A DNA stretch of 59,280 nucleotides from positions 121,023,220 through 121,082,499 of the forward strand of contig NC_068983.1 of assembly GCF_001194135.2 (NCBI RefSeq), given 5' to 3'. Position 1 is the stretch's first letter. Each line of letters starts with the position of its first letter. Below are positions 38,980 to 51,900 of this stretch, one piece after another. The DNA comes from Octopus bimaculoides. Its lineage: Eukaryota. The notes below the pieces were generated by a model. That model saw only the letters and a program-made list of their open reading frames with translations, did not search any database and had not been told where the DNA came from. The translations under genes and the position numbers were made by a program.

Positions 38980-39368
38980 TGTTGTTGTTGGCACTCCGTC
39001 GCTTATGACGTCGAGGGTTCCAGTTGATCCGATCAACGGAACAGCCTGCTCGTGAAATTAACGTGCAAGTGGCTGAGCAATCCACAGACATGTGTACCCT
39101 TAATGTAGTTCTCAGGGATATTCAACGTGACACAGTGTGACAAGGCTGACCCTTTGAATTACAGGCACAACAGAAACAGGAAGTAAGAGTGAGAGAAAGT
39201 TGTGGTGAAAGAGTACAGCAGGGTTCGCCACCATCCCCTGTCGGAGCCTCGTGGAGCTTTAGGTGTTTTTCGCTCAATAAACACTCACAACGCCCGGTCT
39301 GGGAATCGAAACCGCAATCCTATGATCGCGAGTCCGCTGCCCTAACCACTGGGCCATTGCGCCTCCAC
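38980..39368 (-). mobile_element. SINE family A, copy 6
   Basis: Full length. TSD tatatgtaata (38969-38979 / 39369-39379). Confidence 0.92.
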
Positions 39369-40254
39369 TATATGTAATACGTATCTGTTATATATTATAT
39401 GCTGTGCACTTTACCATCTTCTGTGATGAGCATGATCTTCTGGTCCATTGAAAAATTGTCTTGTCTGAAACTGGTTCATGGTGCAAGAAACCATTGAGGG
39501 CTGCTGCTTTTAACTCACTCTGGTCACTCATACATTATCTACTCACCTTCATCACTCATTCTCACCATTCATTGAAGTTTGAATATCTCCAGGAAGTCTC
39601 TACTTGCAGTTAGTTGTATAAAGGAATATGTGTGGTGGGTATTGTTTAACCCTTTATCAGACTCATGATGAAGACATTCCAACCATGAGTATCCCGTTTA
39701 TATATTTCAGAAATAATGTATCTTGGACTATTTTCATCCAATAAGTCCTATTTTTAAATTTGCCATGTAAGGTTTGTAGGATGTTTACTGCTACTTCTAG
39801 TAGGCCGAATGATCACGTAGAAGCTCTCACTCATATTTTTTTGTCCCTGCATAGTAAATATTATATATGTTGACGGTGGTTGTTGCAGATTACCTGTTAG
39901 CAGCATAGATCTAACTCACTGATAGATGTGATTGTGGTTTGTCCAGAATTTCTGCTGGCATCTCAGCAGGTGTTGCTATTGTTGTTTAGCTGCAGATCAG
40001 TCTGACTAATCAGACCTTTGATCAAAAACACTGACTATACTGCATTATCCAATATGCCCTACTTTTTTTAAAGAAGGTTTGAGTGTGATTTGAGGGAGAT
40101 TTGGTTGCTGTTTCTAGAGAGTCAAGCAAAACACAAGAGTGGTCCTCTTATTCAATTGGTTCTCAACAAATGTAGATGTGCTTGCTTTAAAGTTCCTGAA
40201 CTTAGTTCTGACTGTCTTTCTTCAATAGATTATTGATTCCTTGTGGAATCTCAA

Positions 40255-40315
40255 CAGGCGCAAGAGTAGCTGTGTGGTAAGTAGCTTGCTTACCAACCAC
40301 ATGGTTCCGGGTTCA
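40255..40315 (+). mobile_element. Isolated tRNA-like head of SINE family B
   Basis: ggcgcaagagtagctgtgtggtaagtagcttgcttaccaaccacatggttccgggttca, followed by unrelated sequence. Confidence 0.75.
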
Positions 40316-40968
40316 TACTTCTAATATTAATACAAAGAAGTAGCTGTTGAGTACTAGAGATTCATTAAACTGACTGCCCTTCACCCCCAAAGTTTTTCAT
40401 TGTGCCTTCACTCTTATTATGGTTCTACAAGTCTAGGAGATTGGTAGAACTGGCACTAGACAAAATGTCTTCTGATATTTACATATTATGCATTTACCTT
40501 TCAACCCTCCACCATCAGCTCAGTCAAGTAGGTACTTGCTGTGGGTTAAATCAATTACACCCATTTTATTCTTCAATATTTGTCACACTGTTAGAAATTA
40601 TGTCTACCACTGCCACCATCAGCATTACTACTATCATTATTAATATCTAGTCATATATCTGTCATTGTACCTTTTAGTTTTATGTGTACGTCTATATTGT
40701 CATATTGTCAGCCAACCAGCCATACAATATCTTAGCAACAGTCCATTTCAATGGTTGTCCAGCTGAAAAGCAACATATGAGGTCAAAAACTGAAGGAGAC
40801 ATTATTTTAGTTTTCACTTTCGTTATCAATGAACATTTTTCAAAAACTAATTATTCATGTTTGTGGTTGGTTTATGTCTAGAAAAGAATCTGTTTCTAAA
40901 TCCTGTATTCTATACTACCATTTATAATTCTTTACTACCATACTGTATGATAATTCTTGCTATGTTGC

Positions 40969-41010
<42 letters not shown>

Positions 41011-44000
41011 CAGCAGTAGCAGTTGTTGTTGTTGTTGTTGTTGTCGTTGTCGTTGTTGTTGTTGTTGTCGTTGTCGTTGTTGTTGTTGTTGTAACACTTG
41101 ATCATTTCTGTCAACATGTTGTTTAATCACTCCTGTCTTTCAGATAAAGTCATTTTAATAACTACCTCCATATTGATCTTTTTATCATTTCTGATATCAC
41201 TTGTCTTGTTGTTTATTAGTTTTATTTTTATTAAATGTTCACTACTCAACCAACTGCAGTTCTTTGCGGTTTGTGATGTGTTGTGTTTTGGTTTTGTGTT
41301 TTCTCTAGTATTGAAAGTACAGTATGTAATATATGGACAGTACTTAGTAATACTGTTTCGTGAATATTGTGTATATATGTAAAACCTGGAGCCTTTTGCT
41401 ATATATTTGTCTTAAATCATTCCTGAAACACCTCTTATGAGGATTATTTCAGTTTTCACTCCCTACATTCTTGTTATCGCTTTTGCCAGGACTTAATATT
41501 TTGATTGTTTCTCCTGTTATGATGATGATTATTATAATTAGTTCTTGAGTTTGATGACAGATGCTGTTGTATGGCCGTAAGCCGATCATTTAATTTCATT
41601 CTTTTTTTTTTTTTGCTGAAACAATATTTTGTTCATCATCATCATAATTTAACATCCTTGTTCTATGCTAGTATGGGTCAGATAAATAGGATCAGATAGG
41701 TTTAAGGACTGCATCTTACTCTACTGCCTACTTTGGCATAATTACCATGGCTGGATATCCATCCTAATGCCTAGTACCATTTTATAGTTGTACTGGGTGC
41801 ATTTTCCATGCCACCAGCACTAGTGATGTAACCATGCAGCTTGCAAGACTACTGACCTCTAAGAGAGGCAACTTTATGCAGGAAGATGAGAGGTTTAAGA
41901 ACAAGAGAAAGCATCAGAACAGAACAAGTTTCTTGCAGTAGAGGGGCCACCCAGTTACTTACATTTTAGAAGAGAGAGTGGTGGTCATCATTTATGGAAA
42001 GGCATAAGTGTCACCACTTTCTGTTTCTACCACTCTCAACATATAACGTTTTATGTCATCACTTTGAAGTCAATATAGTGGAATAGAAGCAATTCTTCAA
42101 TGATCTCTCACTCAGCTACTAGGCTTTGAACTGCAACAGTTGTGTTACTAATGGATTTTGTACTTTTGTACAAATGCTGCAACTTCTCAATCCCTTATTT
42201 TACGATTCCAACCATTTATCCCTACATGAGATTATTTGGTTATGTCTTGGCTTACAAATCAAAGAAAATCAACCTTAGATTCTACCATTATATCATATCA
42301 TTACTGTTGGGTTTCCCCAGGTCAGCTCTCATTGCACAGTTTTATATATGATATCCTGGAAGTCAGCCAAATGTTAGGTATAGTCCACAGATTTATCTTT
42401 CTGATTATATCATATCTCTATCTTGTTGAAGACCCTATTGTGCATCATCCAAACATGCAGTAAGGAATAGGATGGAATGAAGATGTGTAGTTCTTGTATC
42501 AAGTTCTGTGTTGTAGTGGCAAAAAAGTTAAGTGGATAATGTAGAGAAATATTTGTTCATAACTTGTCACTTCAAATGCTCAATTGTGTTTCAGGACAAA
42601 AAAAACTGTATACTACATTACATCACTTCACCTAGTTGTTAGGTACCACATCATCTGGGAATGGACCAGTACCCTATCCTGGTAAATTTATTTTCCATTC
42701 ATTTAACACCTTGAAACTAGAAACACTAGCCCCTAATATGTTTTGTCAAGCTGTGCCTGATTTCATATGAGGAGATACAAACTGAGAGCTGTAAGCTGCT
42801 GGCAGCAACTACAACTCTTAAAACAACACAGATGTCTTACCTTTGATTTACAGCTGGATCTCTAGATCTAGTTACATTTGCTGATCAACACACTGTCAAG
42901 AAGACCAAGAAAATGTTAATAAATATTTGTAAACTTTCACGTGTCCCTATTCTTTGTATATTTGAATTGGAAATTTTAAGATTTATTGGATTTGATGGTG
43001 GTAATAATGATAGTTATTTTTGGTAATTGGTTGCAGTAGCTATCTGTGAAAGTTAGTGGTGGCTGTAGTGATAGTTATTTGTTATAGAGGTGCTTATGGC
43101 AATGATTATTTGTGGTGTAGATGTGGTGATAACTATTTGTAGGAGTTAGCAGTGGCATTTATTTCTTGTAATGTTTTCTGTGGTTGTTGTTTTCTTTATT
43201 CTTGTTTTTCATTGGTTTGATCGGGTCGAGGAATAGGCTATGTCCATTAACTGTGCAGGTTGTCTGAAACTGGTGAGATTGGTACCACTCAGGGTCCTCT
43301 TAAACTGTTGATTTACAATAGTTTCCAGAAAAAAAATATATGTAAAGTGGGAATCCCTGTCACCCAGAATTGAATGCAGTGGTTAGTGCAAAGACTGAGG
43401 AGGTGGATATAATATGAGTGAGGAGAGAAAGGAGGATCGATTAACTGAGAGATGACTCTGAATGTGACCTGAGACTAGCCAGCTCCAAGGAGCAGGGACA
43501 AACGACTGTTGTAGCAGCTGAAAAAGCAGAAAGGGAGGAGACAGTACATCTGTGGTTCAAAAGGTAGACTATGTGTGTGAGAACAACTTCATGCTAATTG
43601 GTCGGTTGTGATATGCAAGTGATTAGGTTGGTATTTCTTGTAGGTTGAGCAGTCGTACAGAGTTTCACTCTTTACATTTTAATTGTTGTTCTTTTTAGTC
43701 GAAAGCAGAGTTTGTGGTAATAGTGGTTGCGATGGTTTATTAACTATCATTGAAGCAAAAACCTGTTCAACATTTTCAATAATCTTTGATGGGTGCATAT
43801 CATTATTTGCATTTATTTATATTTTATTATCATTTATTTATTTTCCATATGTAAGTTTCAGTAGGATAGTTGTTCAAATCTAAATGTTAAGAGCTTTAAT
43901 TTTTTTTTATAACCAAACTGCAGAAATTTTCTAATAGTCTCATTCTCCAAGTTTTGTAAGCAAACATTATATGTAGATCTATCTTCTCTTTGTCTTTTCT

Positions 44001-44407
44001 ATCCCTATCATTTCCTCATGATTTGTTGCTCAGAAACAATGCTCTAACTCTTCAAATACATATTTTAAACAAAGTAATATGACTCCTCACTTCTTATCAT
44101 AAAGCATTCCAATAGGTTGAAGAAAATATCTATCCTCTGCTAGACATGACATTTAATCCAAGCTTGCATGGATAATGGTAATTTATTTGGATGAGATCCT
44201 TCTGAAAACCATTAAGTAATGAAGGAGAAGCAGCAGCTTTTATGCCTTGCTGAGAACAACACAATGTCTTTTCTTGCAACATTTGAAATGCTGGTCATGT
44301 GGTCAATACGACTGAGCTTTAATCTTATAGCTTTAATCTTTATACCTCTTCTTCAGGTACAACTGTTCAAAATGTATGAACTTAATGTGTGTGTGTGTGC
44401 ATGCACA

Positions 44408-44600
44408 CATGTGGAGGCATGCAACCTAGAGATTAGGGTGTCATACTCATGACTGCAAGATCTTGGTTTTGATTCCCAAACCAGCAATATGTTGTGATCT
44501 TGAACAAAATGCTTCATTTCAAGTTGCTCTAGTCTACTCAGTTATAAATGGACAACCCTGCCATAGACTGGCATCCCATGCAATGTTTGCTTGCTGAGCC
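44408..44600 (+). mobile_element. Old tRNA-derived SINE with a head related to family A
   Basis: ggaggcatgcaacctagagattagggtgtc...cttggttttgattcccaaacc...ttgctctagtctactcag. Degenerate A and B boxes. Confidence 0.55.
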
Positions 44601-45769
44601 AGTGGGTTGTATTATACCAAAGTTACTACAATACAAGTGACCAGCATTGTGACCAGCAGTGTATAATGGCATTTGATAGTCTGGTCAGTACAGTGATACA
44701 GATACACACACTCTCTCTCTCTCTCAGTGATAAATTGAACTTAAAAGCCTTTTATAGGAGTGACATTATAGTATTAATTGGAACAGAAACTGAACAACAG
44801 GTTCTCTGATTCTTTTTAATAACAGAAAGGAAGTAAAATGGAAACCATAGAATCAAACAGAAAGTACAAGAAGGAATAGAAATAAAGGAATAGCATCATT
44901 TATATCAAAATCTTGTTTTAAATTTTTCTGTTTTATGGGAATTTTTTATTTTTACTTTTTCTTTACAAAATTGTATTAAATCTTTTTCCCCTTTAAATCT
45001 GATTTTATTCTTCCAATCAATTATGTAAATAATATATGAAGGATGAAGTTAAACAATTCAATCAAGGCTTAGTATTCACTCTCTTAGAAATCTCTTTATC
45101 ATGACATGCTAATGATATTCATTGTTTAACACTTATTCAATGGAAATTCTTAGAAAGCAGACTACAATTGGTCTCCTGAAATTATAAATTTTTAACTTTG
45201 ATATTTTGCTACTTTTCTGTCATACAGAGCTCTTGTCTGAATTTTGTTAAAAAAAAAAAAGAATAAGATCAAACTTGAGGCATTTTAAACTGATGAAAAC
45301 TCAATCAACCAAATATAGACTTAATTCCTTAAATAGGTACAAATTACATTGTTTCTGTTCTTTATTTCTTATTATATTTGTATCCCTTTTATCAAATTCT
45401 TCTGCATGTGCCATGAATAAAAAGAACACAGCTAACAATCTGGTTTAAGTGCTTTTATGAAATTCCTGCCTTCCCTCTATTTTTAGGACTGAACCAGCAA
45501 ATAGAATGATGACATTAAAGTTTCAGCTTTATATATTGTTGTTAACAACAACTAAAAGGAAGAAGGGTTGAGGGTTGCTTTGCCACTTCAATAAGCTCCA
45601 ATATTTGCTACTCCTGTTTCTCACCAGTCAGTCTTTCACAACATGCCCATATTAGCTCTGCTCTGTTGCTTATGAGAAACAGCAGTGAATGCTGTTAGGT
45701 TTTTCTGCCACTCTCATGTCATTATCACTATCACTTTGTAACTATTTTTATGTCTTATGATGACTATTA

Positions 45770-46427
45770 TTATTTGCTAGAGTACAGGACAAAATGTCTT
45801 GTATTTAGTTACATCTCTTTGTATTATGAGTTCAAATCCCACTGGGTTTGACTTTACCTTTCATCTACCCAGAGTTTGTAAACTTTATGTCTTTGGGCTT
45901 ATATTAGAAAACATTATTATTAATACTATAAAGATGGTGAGCTGGCAGAATGGTTAACATTCCACGCAAAATACTTATCAGTATTTCATCTGTCTTTCCA
46001 TTCCGAGTTCAAATTCTTCCTAAGCCGACTTTGCCTTCCATCCTTTCAGGGTTAATAAAATTAGTAACAGTTGAATACTGGCATCGATGTAATTGGCTTA
46101 TACCCTTGCCCCAAACTGCTGGCCTTGTGCCAAAATTTGAAACCATTATTATTATTGTTGTTGTTGTTGTTGTTAGCAGCATCACCATCATTATTAAGGG
46201 TGGCAAGCTGGTAGAGTTGTTAAAGCATGTGAAGAAATGCTTTATGGTATTTTTTACGGCTCCTTACTTTCTGAGTTCAAATACTGCTGAGATCAACTTG
46301 GCCTTCCATTTCTTCAGAGTCGCTAAAATACAACACCAGTCAAGTTCTAAGGTTGACAGTATACATGAATCACCTTCCTTCAATATTTTCAGGCCTTGTG
46401 ACCATCTCAGAAATAATAATAATAATA

Positions 46428-46478
<51 letters not shown>

Positions 46479-46862
46479 GTTACCTCCGCCTTAGCAAAGG
46501 TGGAAGTATTGTTTTCAGTTGTGTTTGTTTGTTTGGTTGTCTGTGGACAAGATATCTCAAGAACCGCGAGATAGATTCGGATGAAACTTTCGGGAATGTT
46601 TGGCCTCGTGACTGGCATGAACTGATTAGATTTGGGGATCAATCTGGTACAGGACAAGTATTCTGGATTATTATTCCTGTTTTTTTTACTTAATTTTTGA
46701 GAACAGTTGGGTTCATTTTTAGTATTCTTGTTTGTGTGAGCAGTCAAGTTTATTTGAGATATTCGCATTTTAAAAATCATCAGCTAATCGTTGAGAGGAC
46801 GTTGGTGTTGCCTTGGCAGAGGTTTGTACCGAGTGCTCTTGTTGTTGTTATTATTATTATTA

Positions 46863-46893
<31 letters not shown>

Positions 46894-47105
46894 CAAGGTG
46901 GCAACCAGCACTGTTACCACACAGGACAAAATGCTTAGTAACTTTTCTTCTGGCTCTACATTCTGACTTGCAATTCTAATGGTTTTGACTTAGCATTTTG
47001 TTCTTTCAGAGCCAATAAAAATAAGTACTACCTGTTGAGCATTGGGGTTGATGTAATCAACCACCCTCTCCTCAAAATTTCAGGCCTTGTGCCTGTAATA
47101 GAAAT
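45770..47105 (+). mobile_element. Head-to-tail array of four family C SINEs joined by (ATT)n/(GTT)n, with a HINE inserted in one spacer
   Basis: Copies at about 45770-45920, 45930-46145, 46195-46405 and 46895-47105, each with gagttcaaat...gactttgcctt(t/c)catcc-like and ggccttgtg-like motifs. Confidence 0.8.
46480..46843 (+). mobile_element. Non-autonomous Helentron-type element (HINE / DINE-1-like)
   Basis: 5' subTIR ttacctccgcc with a nearby inverted partner ggtggaagta (46499-46508), a GTTT/GTCT microsatellite, 3' subTIR ggcagaggt (46815-46823) and a remnant 3' hairpin ending gagtgc. It sits in a T-rich (ATT)n tract with no clear TSD. Confidence 0.72.
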
Positions 47106-47113
47106 AATAATTC

Positions 47114-47158
<45 letters not shown>

Positions 47159-47570
47159 TTTGTCAGATTATTAGCAAGTCTTACTGAATAAAACTTATTA
47201 CTTTTTGGATTGTTTTACAAATGAGGGATGCTGGAATATTAGCATTTCTATTACTGTCCTGAGAGTAGACAGAAAATCTGGTCTAAACATATCATTGATT
47301 TTTTTTTTTCTGCCCTAGAATTTGATTGTGGTTACAATAATTTTCAAGATGGCTTCCTCTGTCGGAGGAGTAGGAAGAGCTAGTAACAAGAAAAGGGAGT
47401 TGTACTGAATACACTCCCTCCTTTGAAAGAAAATATTCATGTGATCTCCAAACACATAGAAACAAGTTAAAAAAAGATGAATAGAATTCAATGCATGAAG
47501 ATAGGTAAAAATGACAATAATACAGATACACTCTTATAGACAACAATAACATGTAGACATACACACACTT

Positions 47571-47624
<54 letters not shown>

Positions 47625-47789
47625 ATGGAGAAAACAAAAAAATTATCGCAATTATAGTTTTGATCATGCTTGGGTTATCTAGTTCAAAAGAAATTTTCTT
47701 GACAGAGTTTTGTAAATATGAAGGGCATTTTATCAGAGCCTTACCTTCAAGAGCAAAAAAGGATGAATGTTAACTACTTTTGCATCGCC

Positions 47790-48490
47790 AAAATGGGAAC
47801 AGGTTTCTTCATGCCCTCAAAAGAATAATTAGAGGTAGCTCTAGCAAATGTATGGAGTGATATTTCCCCTTTTGATCGAGGAAAGGGACATAGAATCTTA
47901 TGTCTAGCTTTTGAAAATGAAGATAGGGCAAAGATGCAGGCTGGGCTGGTGTACCACACACTTCCCATATGGTAATACCACAAGGATATTGGCAATGCAT
48001 TGACTCTTGGCTTGTCATCATCAAGGACAGATAATGAGTACTGAAAATGACATCAATGACATATTGTTGGATGTTAGGGTCTCCATGAACATACAAGTCC
48101 CAAGGCTGTACCACATCAAAAGTGCTAGAAGAAAGGCTATGAAACTGGTGGTACAAGCCAGATGAGCTTGTTGATAGACATGTGGTGGTAAGGGCCATCT
48201 CAGAACTTGCCATCCAAAAGTTCTGAGGAAGTTGAGAAGGGGAAAGCAACAGAGAAAGCAGTAACAATGCCTGGTTTTATTTCAACAATATTGCTAATCA
48301 CCTCACCAGTTGTAGCTCCAAGAATGGCTGCCAGATTTGCCTGGTCCTCCATCACAAAAATGGACAATCAAGAATCAGATGACCAGGAAATCAAAGTAGT
48401 CCCTTTCAGCAACACTACATCATTATCTTGCGATGAAGGGGAGAAAACAAATAAGGGAAGAAAGTGGCTAACTGCCAGAGAAAAAAAATA
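47790..48490 (+). mobile_element. Possible decayed LINE ORF1 (gag-like) remnant
   Basis: GC-richer block. Frame at 48140-48212 reads KLVVQAR*AC**TCGGKGHLRTC, resembling a broken CCHC zinc knuckle. Stops in all frames. Confidence 0.35.
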
Positions 48491-48997
48491 GAGAAGGTGA
48501 GCAAAAGATGTAAGGTAAAACCTGCCTCTGTCTCAATATTGCTGGTTATACAAAGGCAGAGCTACATTTATGCAATAACATGCTACTTGTGAGAATTGTC
48601 TTTGATAACTACACAGATCCGTATTTAAATTACAATGAAGGTAATGGGAATCTTTTCTTGCACAATCCAATACTTGAACTACTCACAAATACTTTGGGGA
48701 CAAGAGATCTTTAGAGTTTGCATGAAGTTCAGGGGGAAGCTGAAAGTGATCAGAGTTGTGGGAACCTATGAGCTGACCTCAAATGCTGCATGTTTTTCTT
48801 TGTGTCTGTGCTTGTATGTACTTATTTAATTATATTGTATAGTTTAAAAAGTGAAAAAATATACGTACTATAAACAAAACACTATATCACAAACAAAACA
48901 CACATGCTTTGTTTTGGTTTATTTGTATCTGAAATAAATACAAACACATGATAAATTCAAATTCCGACAAACGTAAATAAACAAACGAAGTTTGCTT

Positions 48998-49243
48998 TTA
49001 GAAAGTTAAAGAAGTGATTTTAAATTCTCAATCGCAGAATAATGCTAATAATATAGCCTGAACAGGATAAATTACCCCTATTTTGCAGAGAAAAGTGTAG
49101 GTGGCTAGCTGTAGTAGCTGAGTAGTCCACAGCTAGCCACCTACACTTTTCTCTGCAAAATAGGGGTAATTTATCCTGTTCAGGCTATATTATTAGCATT
49201 ATTCTGCGATTGAGAATTTAAAATCACTTCTTTAACTTTCTAA
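48998..49243. repeat. Perfect inverted repeat: 115-bp arms (48998-49112, 49129-49243), 16-nt spacer
   Basis: Arms compared base by base with no mismatch found. Spacer is agtagctgagtagtcc. Confidence 0.97.
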
Positions 49244-50190
49244 CAAACACATGAATTCATTCTAAAGAGACGCTGACAATAGTTCAAGAATGTGGGTTCT
49301 TTCAGAATTGTTGCACCCAAGCAATTCAGAATGCTGAAGTTGAACTTAATGTTTTACACTTAATTAACTCTCCTAGAAAAAGATCAAAGAGGATAAAATA
49401 TATTTCATTTACAACTTCATTTGTTAGGGCTAGTAAAGCTCTTCTTTGAATCCATTCATGATCTTTCAAGTAGAGATGGCTATTTAGGGAAACCTTTGCC
49501 TCCAGCTCATTTGCATCTTAAGCTTGGCTGCTACGCTGTGGTGGCATTTATTACAGTCTGTTGTAGTCAGCTGGTAACTGACCATTGCTAAAATTACTCC
49601 TTTGAAAAAAAACAAAAGTAACAGAAAGTGTCGCATAGCTTATGACCCTATGCAAAACTTCAGTTACCAAGTGCAAAACTGTGGCCTTCAGCCTTGAACC
49701 TACAGTTTTAGATATTAAGATGACTTTACTTCTCCCCTTGTTTTGATATAACCTCATTTTATTTATCTCTACATAGTTTGTAGCACCTTAGTCTGCATAT
49801 TTATTGAATGAATGAATGAATATTGATGGTAATAATAAATGCAAGATTATTGTTGTTATTATTCCTTCATGCAAATTCAATAAAAAGTATGCCTGCCAGC
49901 AATCTCATTTGTGTGTTTGATAGCTGCCTTCCCTGTATGAGTTGGGCAGTTAATGAGAGAGAGGGGGAGAGAGAGAGGGGGAGAGAGAGGGAGAGAGAGA
50001 GATGAATATTGATAGCTGGTTAGTATGTTGGCAATTGGTTGGAGAGATGTCAGGGTGTGGAAGGCTGCAGGCTGGAGGTGTGCAATTTCAGGAAATCATT
50101 TGATTCCTACAGGAAATTCAAGAAAATTGGCACATTCAGTTTAATACTGTTTGAGTTGTTGCATATTATTATTATTATTATTATTATTAT

Positions 50191-50257
<67 letters not shown>

Positions 50258-50924
50258 TATTGCTGTTTAGCTGCATGTTGACCCTAATTAAGCAGACAAG
50301 CAATCACATGCATTCCAGGGATAATCATCTAGGTCTTTTGTTTTCTTTTTTTTATTGACTTTGTGTACCTCAGACTTTGTTATTTACTGTCCTTCCTTTT
50401 TTGTAAGAAATTCAGTGCAATTTGAGGGAGACTTAACTGCTATGTCTAACAAGTAGACCAATCATCTAGATACTTCCTTAGATGGTGGTGATAGTGGTAT
50501 TTGGTTGTTTGAACCAAACTTTAAAGATTCTGAGTTTGATTAGTGGAGAAAGAGAGAGGGAGGAAGTGAAGCTGTAGTGTTGAGAATGAGATGCTGGTTC
50601 ACTGGAGTTAGGAAATTTACTCTCCTAAGGTTATTACAGTTTTCACTATGTGCATGTGTGTCTCTGTACACATGTGTCAGTGTGTTTACATTTCTATTTG
50701 CATTTATAAAAGTTGTGATGGCCAAGCAATATTGTTGTCATCACTTCTGTCAATAAATTGTCCACCTGCTTTGAAGACATATGCAATATGACATCCCTTA
50801 CAGGTTATGGTTTAGCATCAGGAAATGCATTTGGCTATAAAACAAAGCCTTGATAACATTTCATCTAACCCATGCCAGCACGTGAAAATGAATGAATAAA
50901 TGAATACATATATATACCTTTTAA

Positions 50925-51245
50925 TTGTTTCAGTCTTTGGACTGTGGCCATGAAAGGGTTTTAGTATAATTGACCCCAGTGCTTATTTCTAAGTTCAATA
51001 CTAATTCTATTGGACTATTGGTCTTTTTTGCCAAATCACTAAGATACAGAGATGTAAACAAACCAGCACCAATTGTCAATCAGTGGTGGAGACAAACACA
51101 AATACACACACACACACAAGAAACTCACACACACACACATACATTTGATAGACTTCCACACAGTTTCCACTTACCAAATTCACATGCAAGATATTGGTCA
51201 GCCTGGATACCCAAGATATTGTGCAGGGGGACTGAACCTGGAATC
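50925..51245 (-). mobile_element. SINE family B, degenerate
   Basis: ttgtttcagtctttggactgtggccatg...accaaattcacatgcaag...gggactgaacctggaatcacat. Confidence 0.75.
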
Positions 51246-51519
51246 ACATTTATTTGCAGATGTATAGTTTGGTAAATGGTCTTGGCCCTTGAGTCACTCT
51301 GTAACTTCTACTGATTACTATAAAATGCATATGCATTTGTGTGTTTCTTCCAAGTTGCAGGCAGTTGCCTTTCTCTCCATTCGTTTTATTCTCAAAGCTG
51401 TGAGTATCTTCCACACAAATGTTAAAAGGAAACCCCAATATAGTTAACCTTAACTAGAAATATCCAGGATTGCATCTCTATGTTGTACATTGTTAGACCA
51501 GATCCTTGTATTTTGTGGT

Positions 51520-51900
51520 TTTTCTCTTTAGGGTCTTCTTACATCTATCTTTCCATCTGACCATCTGTTCAGTTAGAATGATCCCCTTCACCTTTTTGAA
51601 CCTTATGGTCATATCCAGGATCTTTGACCAACTTTCAGAGCCCTTAGCAGACTCACCATCATCTCCTATAATTAAGCTATCTTCAGTAGGCTTTTTGGTC
51701 TATCAAGAAGAGAGGGGCTTTGGTGAACTGGATGAACTGGGTTGTCTTACATATATTTTGTACTTTTTCCTTTCTCACCCCCTAAGATGCCAACCAAGTG
51801 TTCACATCTGGAATGCCTTCATTCAGCGGTCTGTTTCATCAGAGCTGAACCAGAACTGAACTACCTTATGACCTTGCAGCCATCTCACATAGAATGTTTG
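51520..51900 (-). mobile_element. Old RTE-like ORF2 C-terminal remnant
   Basis: Minus frames give MKAFQM*TL and RWKDRCKKTL, resembling AFEM..LRRIL and RW.D..K..L. Confidence 0.5.

Noticed and set aside
41561-41576. Possible 16-nt microexon encoding LLYG before gtaagc
   Set aside because: There is no pyrimidine tract, and the FCDHCGS that precedes LLYG in PKC is absent. Chance match.
29425-47000. ORFs rich in HT, SL, YI, poly-I, poly-V, poly-Y or poly-L
   Set aside because: These are translations of CA, TC, TA, ATT and GTT microsatellites.
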